A stretch of DNA of 64,000 nt from assembly GCA_964513645.1 (NCBI GenBank), contig CAZENF010000002.1, positions 73,409 through 137,408 on the forward strand, given 5' to 3'. Origin of the DNA: an uncultured Candidatus Saccharibacteria bacterium. GTDB lineage: Bacteria > Patescibacteriota > Minisyncoccia > 2-02-FULL-40-12 > GWA2-44-9. This document shows positions 1 to 9,456 of the stretch, piece by piece (position 1 is the first letter of the stretch; the number at the start of each line of letters is the position of its first letter). A model generated the notes under the pieces. It saw only the letters and a program-made list of their open reading frames with translations. It was not told where the DNA came from and searched no databases. The translations under genes were made by a program, and so were the position numbers.

Positions 1-570
1 CATCATTTTTAACAATTCTTCCAGAACAACTGGGATTTCTGATATACCGGAATCATCACTAAAATGTTCTTTATTATGTTCGACCACGATCTTTGCTTCT
101 AGTTTATTTCTAAAAATCTTACTATCACTTATGGTTACATCCGGGTCATTATCAGAGAATATAGCCACAATCTTATTTTTAACACTCGTTTTCACTCTTG
201 TATAATCAAGGGGTGTTTCCAGCCATTCCTTGGCAATATCCCTTTCTTTCTTAGTGACAAGATTAGGCAAATGAAAGAATCCGGCAACGAAGATAGCCCC
301 ACCAACCATAGTTTCAGTTGGAAGATTTTCTAAATATCTCATTATAGTCTGGCAACCTATACTATGGCCGACAAAATATGTTTTCTCGTTTGGTTTTTTA
401 ACTTCTTTAGCAAGGAATTCAACCCAAGACTTAATTGTAGGTTCATCAGTATTAGGCATGGCCGGTACAGACGTTTTTATACCTCTAGATTTTAGTTCTT
501 GTTCAAGCCATACCAACCAAAGATTTTTGGGTGAGCCTGACCAACCGTGAATTACAAATACTCTTTCCAA
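1..570 (-). CDS. RBBP9/YdeN-family alpha/beta hydrolase (3' end runs off window)
   Basis: Absent from the ORF track. Manual translation from TTG at 570 gives MERVFVIHGWSGSPKNLWLVWL..., a GHSIG nucleophile elbow and a C-terminal EHFSDDSG His motif. Open to position 1. Confidence 0.85.
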   Translation of the reverse strand, partial: MERVFVIHGWSGSPKNLWLVWLEQELKSRGIKTSVPAMPNTDEPTIKSWVEFLAKEVKKPNEKTYFVGHSIGCQTIMRYLENLPTETMVGGAIFVAGFFHLPNLVTKKERDIAKEWLETPLDYTRVKTSVKNKIVAIFSDNDPDVTISDSKIFRNKLEAKIVVEHNKEHFSDDSGISEIPVVLEELLKMM

Positions 571-583
571 TGTTTTTATTTTA

Positions 584-710
584 TAAAATCCCGCGTAGGC
601 TTCAGTCTATGAAGGGACTTGCGCAGGCCGACTGGGCCGAGCACGAAGCAAAATTTCAGCAGAAATTTATGCTGTGCCCTGAATGGGCTGAAGCCGAGAG
701 CGGGATTTTA
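584..710. repeat. MITE-like palindromic element
   Basis: 11-bp terminal inverted repeat TAAAATCCCGC (584-594) / GCGGGATTTTA (700-710). Inner arms GGCTTCAG/CTGAAGCC and an internal AAATTT-CAGCAG-AAATTT hairpin. Confidence 0.65.
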
Positions 711-715
711 AGAAA

Positions 716-3700
716 CTATTTTGTAACTCCGATCCAAATCTTTTTCTGGGGCGCAAGCTCAAATTCTTTTTCAATGTCGTATTTTTTGTTCGCTGGGCCG
801 GACTCGAATTTTTCAAGCAAGACATCTTTCTTTATTTCTTCCGTCCATTGTTCAACCGCTTCGATTATATCTTTGTCTTCCGAATGCCAGTGACCAAGGA
901 CTTTCTCGTCTAAACGGTATTTGGCCTCTTTGCGCATATCCTGAAGCTGGCGCATCAACTCACGAGCATAACCTTCGTGGATGAGAGCTTTATCCAAAAC
1001 TGTATCAAAAGTTATTCCTGATTCCTGTTTGGCATCATAGGTCAGGCCCTTAACATTGAGTTCTTCTTTAACCAACGATTCGATATCTTTGCTGAACTTC
1101 GAAGTTCGTTTGGTAATTGCCGAACGCAAAGGTTGGCGAACCTTTAATTGTTTTTCCTTTCGTACGGCCAAACCAGAAGCGATGACATTTCTGGCTTCTT
1201 CCATTTCTTTTTCAAGTTTTACGTCAATAAGTTTTTTATCTGCTTTGGGCCAGTCTTCGAGATGAACCGATGTCTTGCTTTTTAAATTGTGAAATATCTC
1301 TTCAGAGACAAAAGGTGTAAAAGGAGCGATTAGCTTGGCCGTTTCGAGGATCAAAAATTTAAGCAACCCGAGAGCTTCTTTTCTTTTTCTCGAACGTCTT
1401 AACCACCAGTTAGAGAGGTCCTCGACTGTAAATTTTTCTATGGCTCGAGTAGCCGTCGTCGGGTCGTATTTATCAAGAGCGGTTGTTACTTCGGCAATCA
1501 GAACATTTAAACGGGAGATTATCCATTTATCAAGAAGGTTGGATGTTTTGGATGTATGGGTAAAATTCTTCGAACCTTCTCCGTATAGTTCATAAAATCT
1601 AACACAATTCTCAAGAGTCGAGATAAAACCTTTAAGTTTGGCTTCGACATCTTTCATCGCAAAAAGTTTATACTCCCCTGGCTGATTAAGGGTATAAAAA
1701 TACCAGCGGGCTGCATCGGCCCCGACTTTATCCATTACTTCAAAAGGTGAAACAACGTTGCCTTTGGATTTAGACATCTTCTTGCCTTTGTCATCGAGAA
1801 CATGACCAAGGGACATTACGTTCTTATACGACGATCCTTTGCCTAAAAGAGTTGAGATAGCCAAAAGGGTATAGAACCAGCCCCGGGTCTGGTCAACCGC
1901 CTCGACTATGAAATCCGCCGGGAACTGCTCCTCAAACATCTTCTTGTTTTCAAAAGGCCAATGCCACTGGGCATAAGGCATTGCACCGGAATCGAACCAG
2001 ACATCTATTAGATCCGCGATCTTTTTCATGGACGCCCCGCACTCATCACATTTGAGAGAAACGCTGTCGATGTAGGGTCGGTGAAGATCAAGCTCGCCTA
2101 TCTCGTTCCTTGGAATTTTCCGCCATTTCATTTCACCGCAAAAAGCAACTCCAGGATAATTATCCTTCCTGGCATTATCTTCTATCTCCCGCCCGGTCAT
2201 TCCTTTTCCCATGCATGTTAAAATCCACAACGGATCACCGTGACTGACGATCAGGATATTTTTACCGGAATATTTATTTTCCATTTCCTGCATAAAATCG
2301 GACATTCTCGTGCGAACATCGTTCCAGCTTTCACCAGTCACATGCGCCTTAAAATCAATCGTCCTTCTCAAATCTTCAACTGAACAAACCTTATGCGGCA
2401 AGCCGTCACAACTGCCATGACTTATCTCTCTTAATCTTTCGTCGGAAGTGACCTTAAGATGCAGGGTTTTAGAAACTATTTCCGCCGTCTCGGCAGTTCT
2501 CAAGAAAGGAGAGCTGAAAATAAGGTCGATGTCATAATTATTCTTTATCTTCTGGGCATTTCGCTCGGCCTGTTTTTCTCCTTCTTTGGTCAGGTGGTAT
2601 TTATCCAATTTCAGATCGGAACTGATTATCATTTTGCCAGCTTCGTCACGGGTAGTGTAACCGTGGCGCAGGACTATATACCTATTGTTCTTGACAGGGT
2701 CCGAAGCACTAAGTTTTTCCATTTCTTCGACCGAACCGACAACCTTAACATCTCCGCACTTCTGACATTTCCAGGCCGGTAAAGGCGTGCCCCAATAGCG
2801 TTCGCGAGAAAAAGCCCAATCCTTGCCCTCGGCCAACCATTGGCCGAAACGTCCTTCTTTTATATTTTCCGGTACCCAGTTTATTTTCTGATTGTTGGCC
2901 ATGATTTCTTTGTTGACCGCCGACATTTTAATGAACCAGGAATTTTTGGCGTAATACAAAAGCGGCGAATCACAGCGCCAGCAGAAAGGATAATCGTGCT
3001 CATACTCTTCTTCTTTGAAAAGGAGGTTATTTTTATTCAGATACTCGATTATCTTCGAGGTCGTTTTTTCTTCGGTCGGTTTGTCTTTGCTTTTTACCAG
3101 CATGCCGTCGAGATCCTGTCCGACCCCGGTAAACCTGCCCTGCTCATCAACCGTGTGAACTTTTGGCAGACCTAATTTAGTCCCGAGAACATAATCTTCT
3201 TCTCCATACATCACAGCGGTATGAACCACTCCCGTGCCGTCTTCGGTCGAAACAAAACCTGCTTCATAAACCTGGTATGAAGTATTTGACTTGAGCTCTT
3301 TGATATCGAAAAGCGGTTCATAAATTAAACCGGCGAGATCTTTGCCTTTAAATTCTCCAACGACCTCGTAATCACTGCCGAGAACTTTTTGGATGAGATC
3401 TTTGGCGATAACTAAATTTTCTGAAAATTTTCTGACCAGAACATAATCTATGTTTTTGCCGACTGCCAAGGCAACATTGCCGGGTAAAGTCCAAGGCGTG
3501 GTTGTCCAGGCGAGAATATAATCCCCTCTTTTCACATGTGAATTCCCGGTTTTAACTTTGAATTTTATGTAAACAGATTTTTCTTTTACTTTTTTGTAAC
3601 CCTGGGCCACCTCATGAGATGACAAGGATGTTCCGCAACGGACACAAAAAGGCACAACCTTGTGGGCCTGATAAAGAAGTTTTTTGTCCCAGATCTGGCG

Positions 3701-4237
3701 GATGATATGCCAAACGCTTTCTATATAGTTATTCTCATAGGTTATGTATGGATGGTCGAGGTCAAGCCAAAAACCCATTTTCCTGGTCATGTCTTCCCAT
3801 TCGGTCTTATATTTCCAGACACTCGCTTTAGCCTTCTTGTTGAATTTTCCTATTCCGTAATCTTCGATATCTTTCTTTTTCTTAAAACCAAGTTCTTTTT
3901 CTATTTCTATTTCGACGGGTAAGCCGTGCGTATCCCAACCGGCCTTACGCAAAACAAAAAAGCCCTGCATGGTCTTATAGCGACAGATAAGGTCCTTGAA
4001 AGCGCGAGCTAAAAGATGGTGGATGCCCGGCCGACCGTTGGCAGTCGGTGGTCCTTCAAAAAAAACGAACCTTTTGCCTTTCTTCCTGTTCTCTAATGAT
4101 TTTTGAAAAGTATCGTTATTGCGCCAAAATTCGAGTATTTTATGCTCTGTTCCTTTAAAATCGTACATCCCGTTAGAAGTAGCCCGCCCGAGGTCATTGA
4201 CCGCGTAAGCGCGGGCGAGACTTCTAACGGGATACAT
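716..4237 (-). CDS. ileS: Isoleucine--tRNA ligase (type 2) with inserted histidine phosphatase domain
   Basis: Motifs EGPPTANGRPGIHH, GWDTHGLP, WTTTPWTLP, SRERYWG, DQTRGWF and KMSKS. An RHG...SPFLRT...SHG domain is inserted at about 2110-2690. Alternative start at 4168. Confidence 0.97.
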   Translation of the reverse strand: MYPVRSLARAYAVNDLGRATSNGMYDFKGTEHKILEFWRNNDTFQKSLENRKKGKRFVFFEGPPTANGRPGIHHLLARAFKDLICRYKTMQGFFVLRKAGWDTHGLPVEIEIEKELGFKKKKDIEDYGIGKFNKKAKASVWKYKTEWEDMTRKMGFWLDLDHPYITYENNYIESVWHIIRQIWDKKLLYQAHKVVPFCVRCGTSLSSHEVAQGYKKVKEKSVYIKFKVKTGNSHVKRGDYILAWTTTPWTLPGNVALAVGKNIDYVLVRKFSENLVIAKDLIQKVLGSDYEVVGEFKGKDLAGLIYEPLFDIKELKSNTSYQVYEAGFVSTEDGTGVVHTAVMYGEEDYVLGTKLGLPKVHTVDEQGRFTGVGQDLDGMLVKSKDKPTEEKTTSKIIEYLNKNNLLFKEEEYEHDYPFCWRCDSPLLYYAKNSWFIKMSAVNKEIMANNQKINWVPENIKEGRFGQWLAEGKDWAFSRERYWGTPLPAWKCQKCGDVKVVGSVEEMEKLSASDPVKNNRYIVLRHGYTTRDEAGKMIISSDLKLDKYHLTKEGEKQAERNAQKIKNNYDIDLIFSSPFLRTAETAEIVSKTLHLKVTSDERLREISHGSCDGLPHKVCSVEDLRRTIDFKAHVTGESWNDVRTRMSDFMQEMENKYSGKNILIVSHGDPLWILTCMGKGMTGREIEDNARKDNYPGVAFCGEMKWRKIPRNEIGELDLHRPYIDSVSLKCDECGASMKKIADLIDVWFDSGAMPYAQWHWPFENKKMFEEQFPADFIVEAVDQTRGWFYTLLAISTLLGKGSSYKNVMSLGHVLDDKGKKMSKSKGNVVSPFEVMDKVGADAARWYFYTLNQPGEYKLFAMKDVEAKLKGFISTLENCVRFYELYGEGSKNFTHTSKTSNLLDKWIISRLNVLIAEVTTALDKYDPTTATRAIEKFTVEDLSNWWLRRSRKRKEALGLLKFLILETAKLIAPFTPFVSEEIFHNLKSKTSVHLEDWPKADKKLIDVKLEKEMEEARNVIASGLAVRKEKQLKVRQPLRSAITKRTSKFSKDIESLVKEELNVKGLTYDAKQESGITFDTVLDKALIHEGYARELMRQLQDMRKEAKYRLDEKVLGHWHSEDKDIIEAVEQWTEEIKKDVLLEKFESGPANKKYDIEKEFELAPQKKIWIGVTK
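4168..4232. mobile_element. 65-bp TIR mini-element inserted at the ileS start codon
   Basis: TCCCGTTAGAAGT...ACTTCTAACGGGA ends, flanked by a TACA direct repeat (4164-4167, 4233-4236). Adds 69 nt in frame. Confidence 0.8.
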
Positions 4238-4287
4238 CCAATAATTATAAATTATCCAGAGGAAAATTCAACTAAAACCTGGACTAT

Positions 4288-5961
4288 TTACATCTTTTTT
4301 GGCGCCGAGATCCCCATCAGAGAAAGGCATTCGCCAATAACAATAGCTATCGCCGAACATAAAGCTACTCTGGCCTTTTCTATTTTTTTGTCATCCCCGC
4401 CTGCTCGCCTCGCTGAAGCATCGGCGGAGCGGACCGGCGAAGCAGGATTTACAACTCTATGTTTCTCATAAAAATTATGGAACTCCGAAGCCAGTTCAAA
4501 GGCATATTGAGCCAAGCGGTGGGCCTGATAGTTAAGAGCTATTTCTTCTATCAATTCCGGGAACTTTGACATTTTCCGCATCAACCCAAATTCTTCTTTT
4601 TCTTTCAAACCCTCGAACACAGAAGGGTCATTTTTGGGTCTAAGTTCAGTAAGGTTTAATTTTCCAAAAATACTGTTAAGCCGGGCGTTAGCATACTGAA
4701 TGTAATAGACTGGGTTCTTTTTCGATTCTTCCTTGGCCAAGTCAACATCAAATTCCATATGAGTATTGAGATCCTTGACCAGAAAAAAATACCGGACAGC
4801 ATCCTTGCCAACCTCTTTAAAAAGTTCATCCAAAAGAACGAACTCCCCTTTTCTTTTGGACATCTTTTGTTTTTCTCCTCCGGCTTTCAAGGAAACCAGC
4901 TGGTGGAGAAGTATCTCAAGTTTGCCGTCTTCGTAGCCCAAGGCTCTGACTCCGGCCTTTAAGCGGTGTACATCGCCGTGATGGTCGGTTCCCCAAATAT
5001 TTATCGCTTTTCCGAAACCACGAATAAATTTATTCCTGGTATAGGAAATGTCGGCCATAAGGTACGAGTAGGATTTGTCGCTTTTGACCAATACCGCATC
5101 GCGTTCACCTGAATCATCTATCTTTAGCCATTCCGCACCTTCTTTTTCATAAACATGCTCGCCTTTTTTGAGCATCTTTAAAGTGTTATCGATTTCGCCC
5201 GAGTCATATAATTTTTTCTCGGAGAACCAGGTATCAAAATCTATATTAAGTTTCGACAAAGAAGCTTTGGCGGAATCGATCATTTTTTTCAATGCAAACT
5301 CGCGGCAAACAGATGTCAGTTCGTCGAAATTCTCTATGTCTTTGACCAAACCCTTATCATCCATCTCTTTGGCGACATCGATGATATATTCTCCCTGGTA
5401 AAGATTGTCAGGAAAATCTATGGTTTTTCCTTTTAAGCGAAGGTAGCGGCGGGCAACTGATTCACCCAATAGCTTAACCTGGTTCCCGGCATCATTGATG
5501 TAATATTCTTTTGTTATCTCGTAGCCGTATTTTTTAAAGATTGCGGCCAGAGTATCACCGAAAGCTGCCGCCCGGATGTTAGCAACCGTTAAGGGACCGG
5601 TGGGGTTGGCAGAAACAAATTCAAGATTTATGCTTAATTTTTTATTTTCTCCTGAACCATAATTTTCTTTTTGTTCCAGTATCTTAACCAGTTCTTGCCT
5701 TAAAAAATCTTCAGATAAGTAAAAATTAACAAAACCGTCGGCGGGTTCTATTTTGCTGAAATATTTGCTTAATTCTTTATTTTCTAAAAATTCTTCAGCT
5801 AAACGACCAGCTACATCCTTAGGATGCTGTTTCTCTTTTTTAGCCAATACAAAAGCAAGATTTATGGAATAATCCCCCATTTCATTGTTTGGCGGGGTCA
5901 GAACATCAAAATCAACACCAGGATAGAGTTCTTTAATCTTGTTTTCTATCCACATTTTCAT
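4288..5961 (-). CDS. argS: Arginine--tRNA ligase
   Basis: GDYSINLAF N-domain, EFVSANPTGPL, GTDHHG, KMSKRKG, NPVYYIQYANARL and FHNFYE. The HIGH motif reads TVAN. Confidence 0.97.
   Translation of the reverse strand: MKMWIENKIKELYPGVDFDVLTPPNNEMGDYSINLAFVLAKKEKQHPKDVAGRLAEEFLENKELSKYFSKIEPADGFVNFYLSEDFLRQELVKILEQKENYGSGENKKLSINLEFVSANPTGPLTVANIRAAAFGDTLAAIFKKYGYEITKEYYINDAGNQVKLLGESVARRYLRLKGKTIDFPDNLYQGEYIIDVAKEMDDKGLVKDIENFDELTSVCREFALKKMIDSAKASLSKLNIDFDTWFSEKKLYDSGEIDNTLKMLKKGEHVYEKEGAEWLKIDDSGERDAVLVKSDKSYSYLMADISYTRNKFIRGFGKAINIWGTDHHGDVHRLKAGVRALGYEDGKLEILLHQLVSLKAGGEKQKMSKRKGEFVLLDELFKEVGKDAVRYFFLVKDLNTHMEFDVDLAKEESKKNPVYYIQYANARLNSIFGKLNLTELRPKNDPSVFEGLKEKEEFGLMRKMSKFPELIEEIALNYQAHRLAQYAFELASEFHNFYEKHRVVNPASPVRSADASARRAGGDDKKIEKARVALCSAIAIVIGECLSLMGISAPKKM
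4396..4446 (-). repeat. 51-nt in-frame palindromic insertion in argS (PASPVRSADASARRAGG)
   Basis: GC-rich CCTGCTTCGCC...GGCGAGCAGG hairpin in an AT-rich gene. A homologous copy lies at 10649-10699. Confidence 0.85.
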
Positions 5962-6011
5962 GTTTTTATCTTATCACCTTCATCTAAAAACAAAAAATCC
6001 TTAAGTCTTGC

Positions 6012-6710
6012 TTAAGGATTTTTACCTATCTTCTTTTTGGTGTTGCCTATTTCTAAATCTCCTAATCTTTCGACGACCACATCCAAACAAATGATACTGC
6101 AGCTTTCAATTTTTAACTTTTTGATTAACTTTAATTGGATCTCCTTTAAAACTTTTTCATCGGGTTTGTTCAGCTTAGAAAACAATCTTGAAACAGCATT
6201 GGTAACCTTTTTTCGATACTGAAGATCGTAGCATCCGGCAACAAATATCTTTGCTTCCGAATCATTTTCCTGATCTTCATCAGTAAAAAAATGATAATCT
6301 CCAGTAAAATAGATCACTACCAGCCGACCAAGAATATCAACGATGGCAAACTCAGCGGCTAAACCTCGAGCCGTATCCTTGTCCTCAAGGTCGATTTTCA
6401 TCAACCTGGCCAAATCATCTCTCAAAATCGTGCAATGAACATCATAAGAAGAGAAGGTGGTTGCCCAACTCGACACTATCCTTCTCACATTTCTTACACC
6501 TTCAGCAATATCTCCCGAAGAACCACCTGTAACTATTGCCGCGAAGTTGGGGCTCCGATATAAACCGGCCATTTCATCTCCGCCGGCTATCAAAAAATTA
6601 GTTCCATTAACCTTGACGCAACAAATGAAGTTTTTCTTCAATCTTGCCCGAACATTATTTTTTTTATTCTCAAATTCGTTGACCAGACTAAGCCCTTGGT
6701 TTTTAGACAT
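6012..6710 (-). CDS. Divergent proteasome alpha-subunit-like protein
   Basis: Start 6710 overlaps the stop of the beta subunit and follows GAGG. Segments FSSYDV..L...LA, LAAEFAIVDI and LVVIYFTGD resemble actinobacterial PrcA by eye. Gene order is prcB-prcA. Confidence 0.55.
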   Translation of the reverse strand: MSKNQGLSLVNEFENKKNNVRARLKKNFICCVKVNGTNFLIAGGDEMAGLYRSPNFAAIVTGGSSGDIAEGVRNVRRIVSSWATTFSSYDVHCTILRDDLARLMKIDLEDKDTARGLAAEFAIVDILGRLVVIYFTGDYHFFTDEDQENDSEAKIFVAGCYDLQYRKKVTNAVSRLFSKLNKPDEKVLKEIQLKLIKKLKIESCSIICLDVVVERLGDLEIGNTKKKIGKNP

Positions 6711-7476
6711 TGTCGCCTCGTTTCCCTTTAAAAAGTTTCGCTCGAATTGTTTCGAGGGTCTTATTTTCGACATTTTTAAAACCACCCGTAACGGTGATGG
6801 TTGCCACCGAAGGTAAGACTGAAGATAAAGGAGAAACTCCGCTCTCCCATTTTCCAGATTTATAGAGAGCTTCTAAGGCGATGAAAATCGCACTTTTGAG
6901 ATTGAGGGATCTACTATTAATTTCCTGCCTATAGTCTTCCATGACTTGGAGAGCTTCAAAAGTACCCGAACCGACAGCACTATATTCTCTCTCTTCTTTA
7001 CAACCATCTTCCCAAATATCAAAAATTTGATAAGTCCCAAAAAAATTAAGACCACAAATGATCATCTCGGTCATCAAGGGTATTCCATAGTAACAGTAGT
7101 CGCGGAGAAGATCTGCGACATAATTTGCCTGGCCTTCGATGGTCAAAGGCACACCTGATCTCTCCATAAACGTAAGGTTTATTTGTTGAAGAATGGATTT
7201 TATGTACTGCGCATCGCTGACCGAACCGGCACAGCCAACCCCGGTAAACATAGCGACCTGATCGATTTTGACCGTTTCATCGCTCATAATTTTATGGCCA
7301 AAAGACGTTCTCCTGTCTCCGGCGATTAAAACGCCATCTTCAAATTTAAGAGCAATGATGGTTGTCCCCTTTTTTCGGTCCATTTCCTTGGACCCGGAAC
7401 TACCCTTAAATCTCTGAATTGATTTTTGGGGCAAGGAAGATTTAAGGATCTGATCTATAATTCTTTCCCTATTCAC
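6703..7476 (-). CDS. prcB: 20S proteasome beta subunit (Ntn hydrolase) with propeptide
   Basis: KG|TTIIA processing site with Thr1, AGDRR (Asp17), VKI (Lys33) and AVGSG. Confidence 0.88.
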   Translation of the reverse strand: MNRERIIDQILKSSLPQKSIQRFKGSSGSKEMDRKKGTTIIALKFEDGVLIAGDRRTSFGHKIMSDETVKIDQVAMFTGVGCAGSVSDAQYIKSILQQINLTFMERSGVPLTIEGQANYVADLLRDYCYYGIPLMTEMIICGLNFFGTYQIFDIWEDGCKEEREYSAVGSGTFEALQVMEDYRQEINSRSLNLKSAIFIALEALYKSGKWESGVSPLSSVLPSVATITVTGGFKNVENKTLETIRAKLFKGKRGDNV

Positions 7477-7594
7477 AGGTTTTCCTTTTCAATGAAACTG
7501 GTAGATAGATTAACATTAACGCCCTCAATGTCAAAGCCAAGATAGTTGCTCCAGGTCTATTGAAAAGTTGCACGTTTAGCCTCATAATATAAGT

Positions 7595-8629
7595 ATGAAT
7601 TCACAAGAATATGACAAGGTAATAATTGAGGCGGTAAAAAAGGTTGCTGACTCGGTTGTCAGCATAGTTATCTCAAAAAACCTGCCCAAAATTAAAAGCA
7701 TGTACCAGGCTCCGTTCATGAGCCCTTTTATGTTCGGCGAGGCAGAAGGCGGAACGGAAAAAGTAAAGGTTGGCGGCGGCTCTGGATTTGTCGTCCACCC
7801 GGAAGGTCTTATCCTGACCAACAAGCACGTGGTTTTCGATACTGATGCGGAATACACTGTGCTTACGACCGATGGAAAAGAATATGTAGCCAAAGTCCTG
7901 TCTCGTGACCCGATAAACGATATTGCCGTATTAAAAATAGCCGCAACCGGAATGCCGGCAGTCCGCCTTGGAAACTCGGTTAAACTTGAACTCGGCCAAA
8001 CTGTAGTCGCCATCGGCAATGCTCTGGGTCTTTTTTCAAACACCGTCTCAAAGGGCATTGTTTCCGGATTATCAAGAAAAATTTCCGCTTCCCTCGGCAC
8101 CGGCGGACAGATGGAACACTTGCGCGGTGTCATCCAGACGGATGTAGCGATCAACCAGGGCAATTCAGGCGGTCCGCTGATTAACGTCGAGGGTGAAGTT
8201 GTCGGTATTAATACCGCGATAATTTTCGGCGCCCAGAACATCGGCTTTTCAATTCCCATCAACTGGGCCAAGGAGGATCTGGAAGATATCATCAAGCATG
8301 GCCGAATCATCAAGCCTTTCATCGGTCTTCAGTATGTAATGCTTGGCAAAGAACTTCAGAAAAAATATTCCCTGCCCGTCGACTACGGCGCTTTGGTTGT
8401 TCGAGACCATGTGCCTGGTTCGTTGGCAGTTGTTCCCGATTCCCCTGCCGCTAAAGCCGGTATCCGGGAAAACGACATCATCACTGCTTTAAACAATGAG
8501 AAATTGACCGAAGAGAAAGACCTTCGGGATATGATACAGAAATGCGGCGTCGACGATGAAATAGACCTCACGGTTCTGCGCAAGAACGAAACTCTCAATC
8601 TCAAAACCAAACTGGTCGAGCGTAAATAA
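7595..8629 (+). CDS. HtrA/DegP-family trypsin-like serine protease with PDZ domain
   Basis: GSGF, TNKHVV, DIAVL and GNSGGP triad motifs, plus C-terminal PDZ (SPAAKAGI). No signal peptide visible. Confidence 0.93.
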   Translation: MNSQEYDKVIIEAVKKVADSVVSIVISKNLPKIKSMYQAPFMSPFMFGEAEGGTEKVKVGGGSGFVVHPEGLILTNKHVVFDTDAEYTVLTTDGKEYVAKVLSRDPINDIAVLKIAATGMPAVRLGNSVKLELGQTVVAIGNALGLFSNTVSKGIVSGLSRKISASLGTGGQMEHLRGVIQTDVAINQGNSGGPLINVEGEVVGINTAIIFGAQNIGFSIPINWAKEDLEDIIKHGRIIKPFIGLQYVMLGKELQKKYSLPVDYGALVVRDHVPGSLAVVPDSPAAKAGIRENDIITALNNEKLTEEKDLRDMIQKCGVDDEIDLTVLRKNETLNLKTKLVERK

Positions 8630-8635
8630 ACGCTC

Positions 8636-9079
8636 ATGAGCGACTACGCCTCAAACCCAAAAGCCAATTTTGACTATGACATCCTCGAGACAATTGAGGC
8701 CGGGATTGTTTTAGAAGGACACGAAGTAAAATCTGTCAAAACCGGCAAGGCCTCGATAAAAGGTTCCTACGTTAAAATATTAAACGAAGAAGCATATCTT
8801 ATCGGCGCAACCATCTCCCCTTACCAGCCGGCCAATACTCCTCAAAACTACGATCCCCAGCGTTCGAGAAAATTATTATTATCCCGCAAAGAAATATCCG
8901 AACTTATCGGCACTTCGCAAGCCAAAGGCACGACCTTGGTACCCCTAAAACTCTACGGCAAAAAAGGTCTTGTAAAACTCCTCGTCGGTATCGCCCGCGG
9001 CAAGAAAAAATACGACAAACGCGAGACCATCAAGAAAAAAGACATCGCCCGCTCAAAACAGAGAGGACTTGAGAATTAA
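8636..9079 (+). CDS. smpB: SsrA-binding protein
   Basis: EAGIVLEGHEVKS, RKLLL and GKKKYDKRE; lies directly upstream of tmRNA. Confidence 0.97.
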   Translation: MSDYASNPKANFDYDILETIEAGIVLEGHEVKSVKTGKASIKGSYVKILNEEAYLIGATISPYQPANTPQNYDPQRSRKLLLSRKEISELIGTSQAKGTTLVPLKLYGKKGLVKLLVGIARGKKKYDKRETIKKKDIARSKQRGLEN

Positions 9080-9105
9080 CTGTTTTTGTGGTATAATCTG
9101 GAAAT

Positions 9106-9455
9106 GGGGATGACGGGATTCGACAAGGTTCGTTCCAAATTATCTGCAAGTAATGGATGGGTATCACCATTTAAATCATTATCCAAATTCATAATTGCCA
9201 AAAACAATTATTCATCTGCTTTAGCTTTTGCTTAACAGACGTTCTCTCATTGATTCTCGCTATTTGAAGAGGGCGCCATCAGCGGGATACTGTTTGCGGG
9301 GTCTTGGTGAGTTCTAAGCCGTAGATAGGAAAATTAATTAGAATTCTGGCTTGGCATTTTTGCTAATTTCAAAGCCGAGCAATAAAAAATTAGCTAAACT
9401 TGTAGACTATAATTTGATAAAACTTTGCACGGCGGTTCAACTCTGCCCATCTCCA
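9106..9455 (+). ncRNA. ssrA: tmRNA (tag peptide AKNNYSSALAFA*, 9197-9235)
   Basis: 5' GGGGATGACGGGATTCGAC, a 3' T-arm GGCGG-TTCAACT-CTGCC with acceptor CATCTCC-A, and a tag ORF after ATAATT-GCC. Extended -10 TGGTATAAT at 9089-9097. Confidence 0.93.
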
Positions 9456-9456
9456 C

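Noticed and set aside
7582-8322. 246-aa antisense ORF and other shadow ORFs in the track
   Set aside because: They lie opposite well-supported genes (htrA, valS, gyrA, pilins) and show no motifs.
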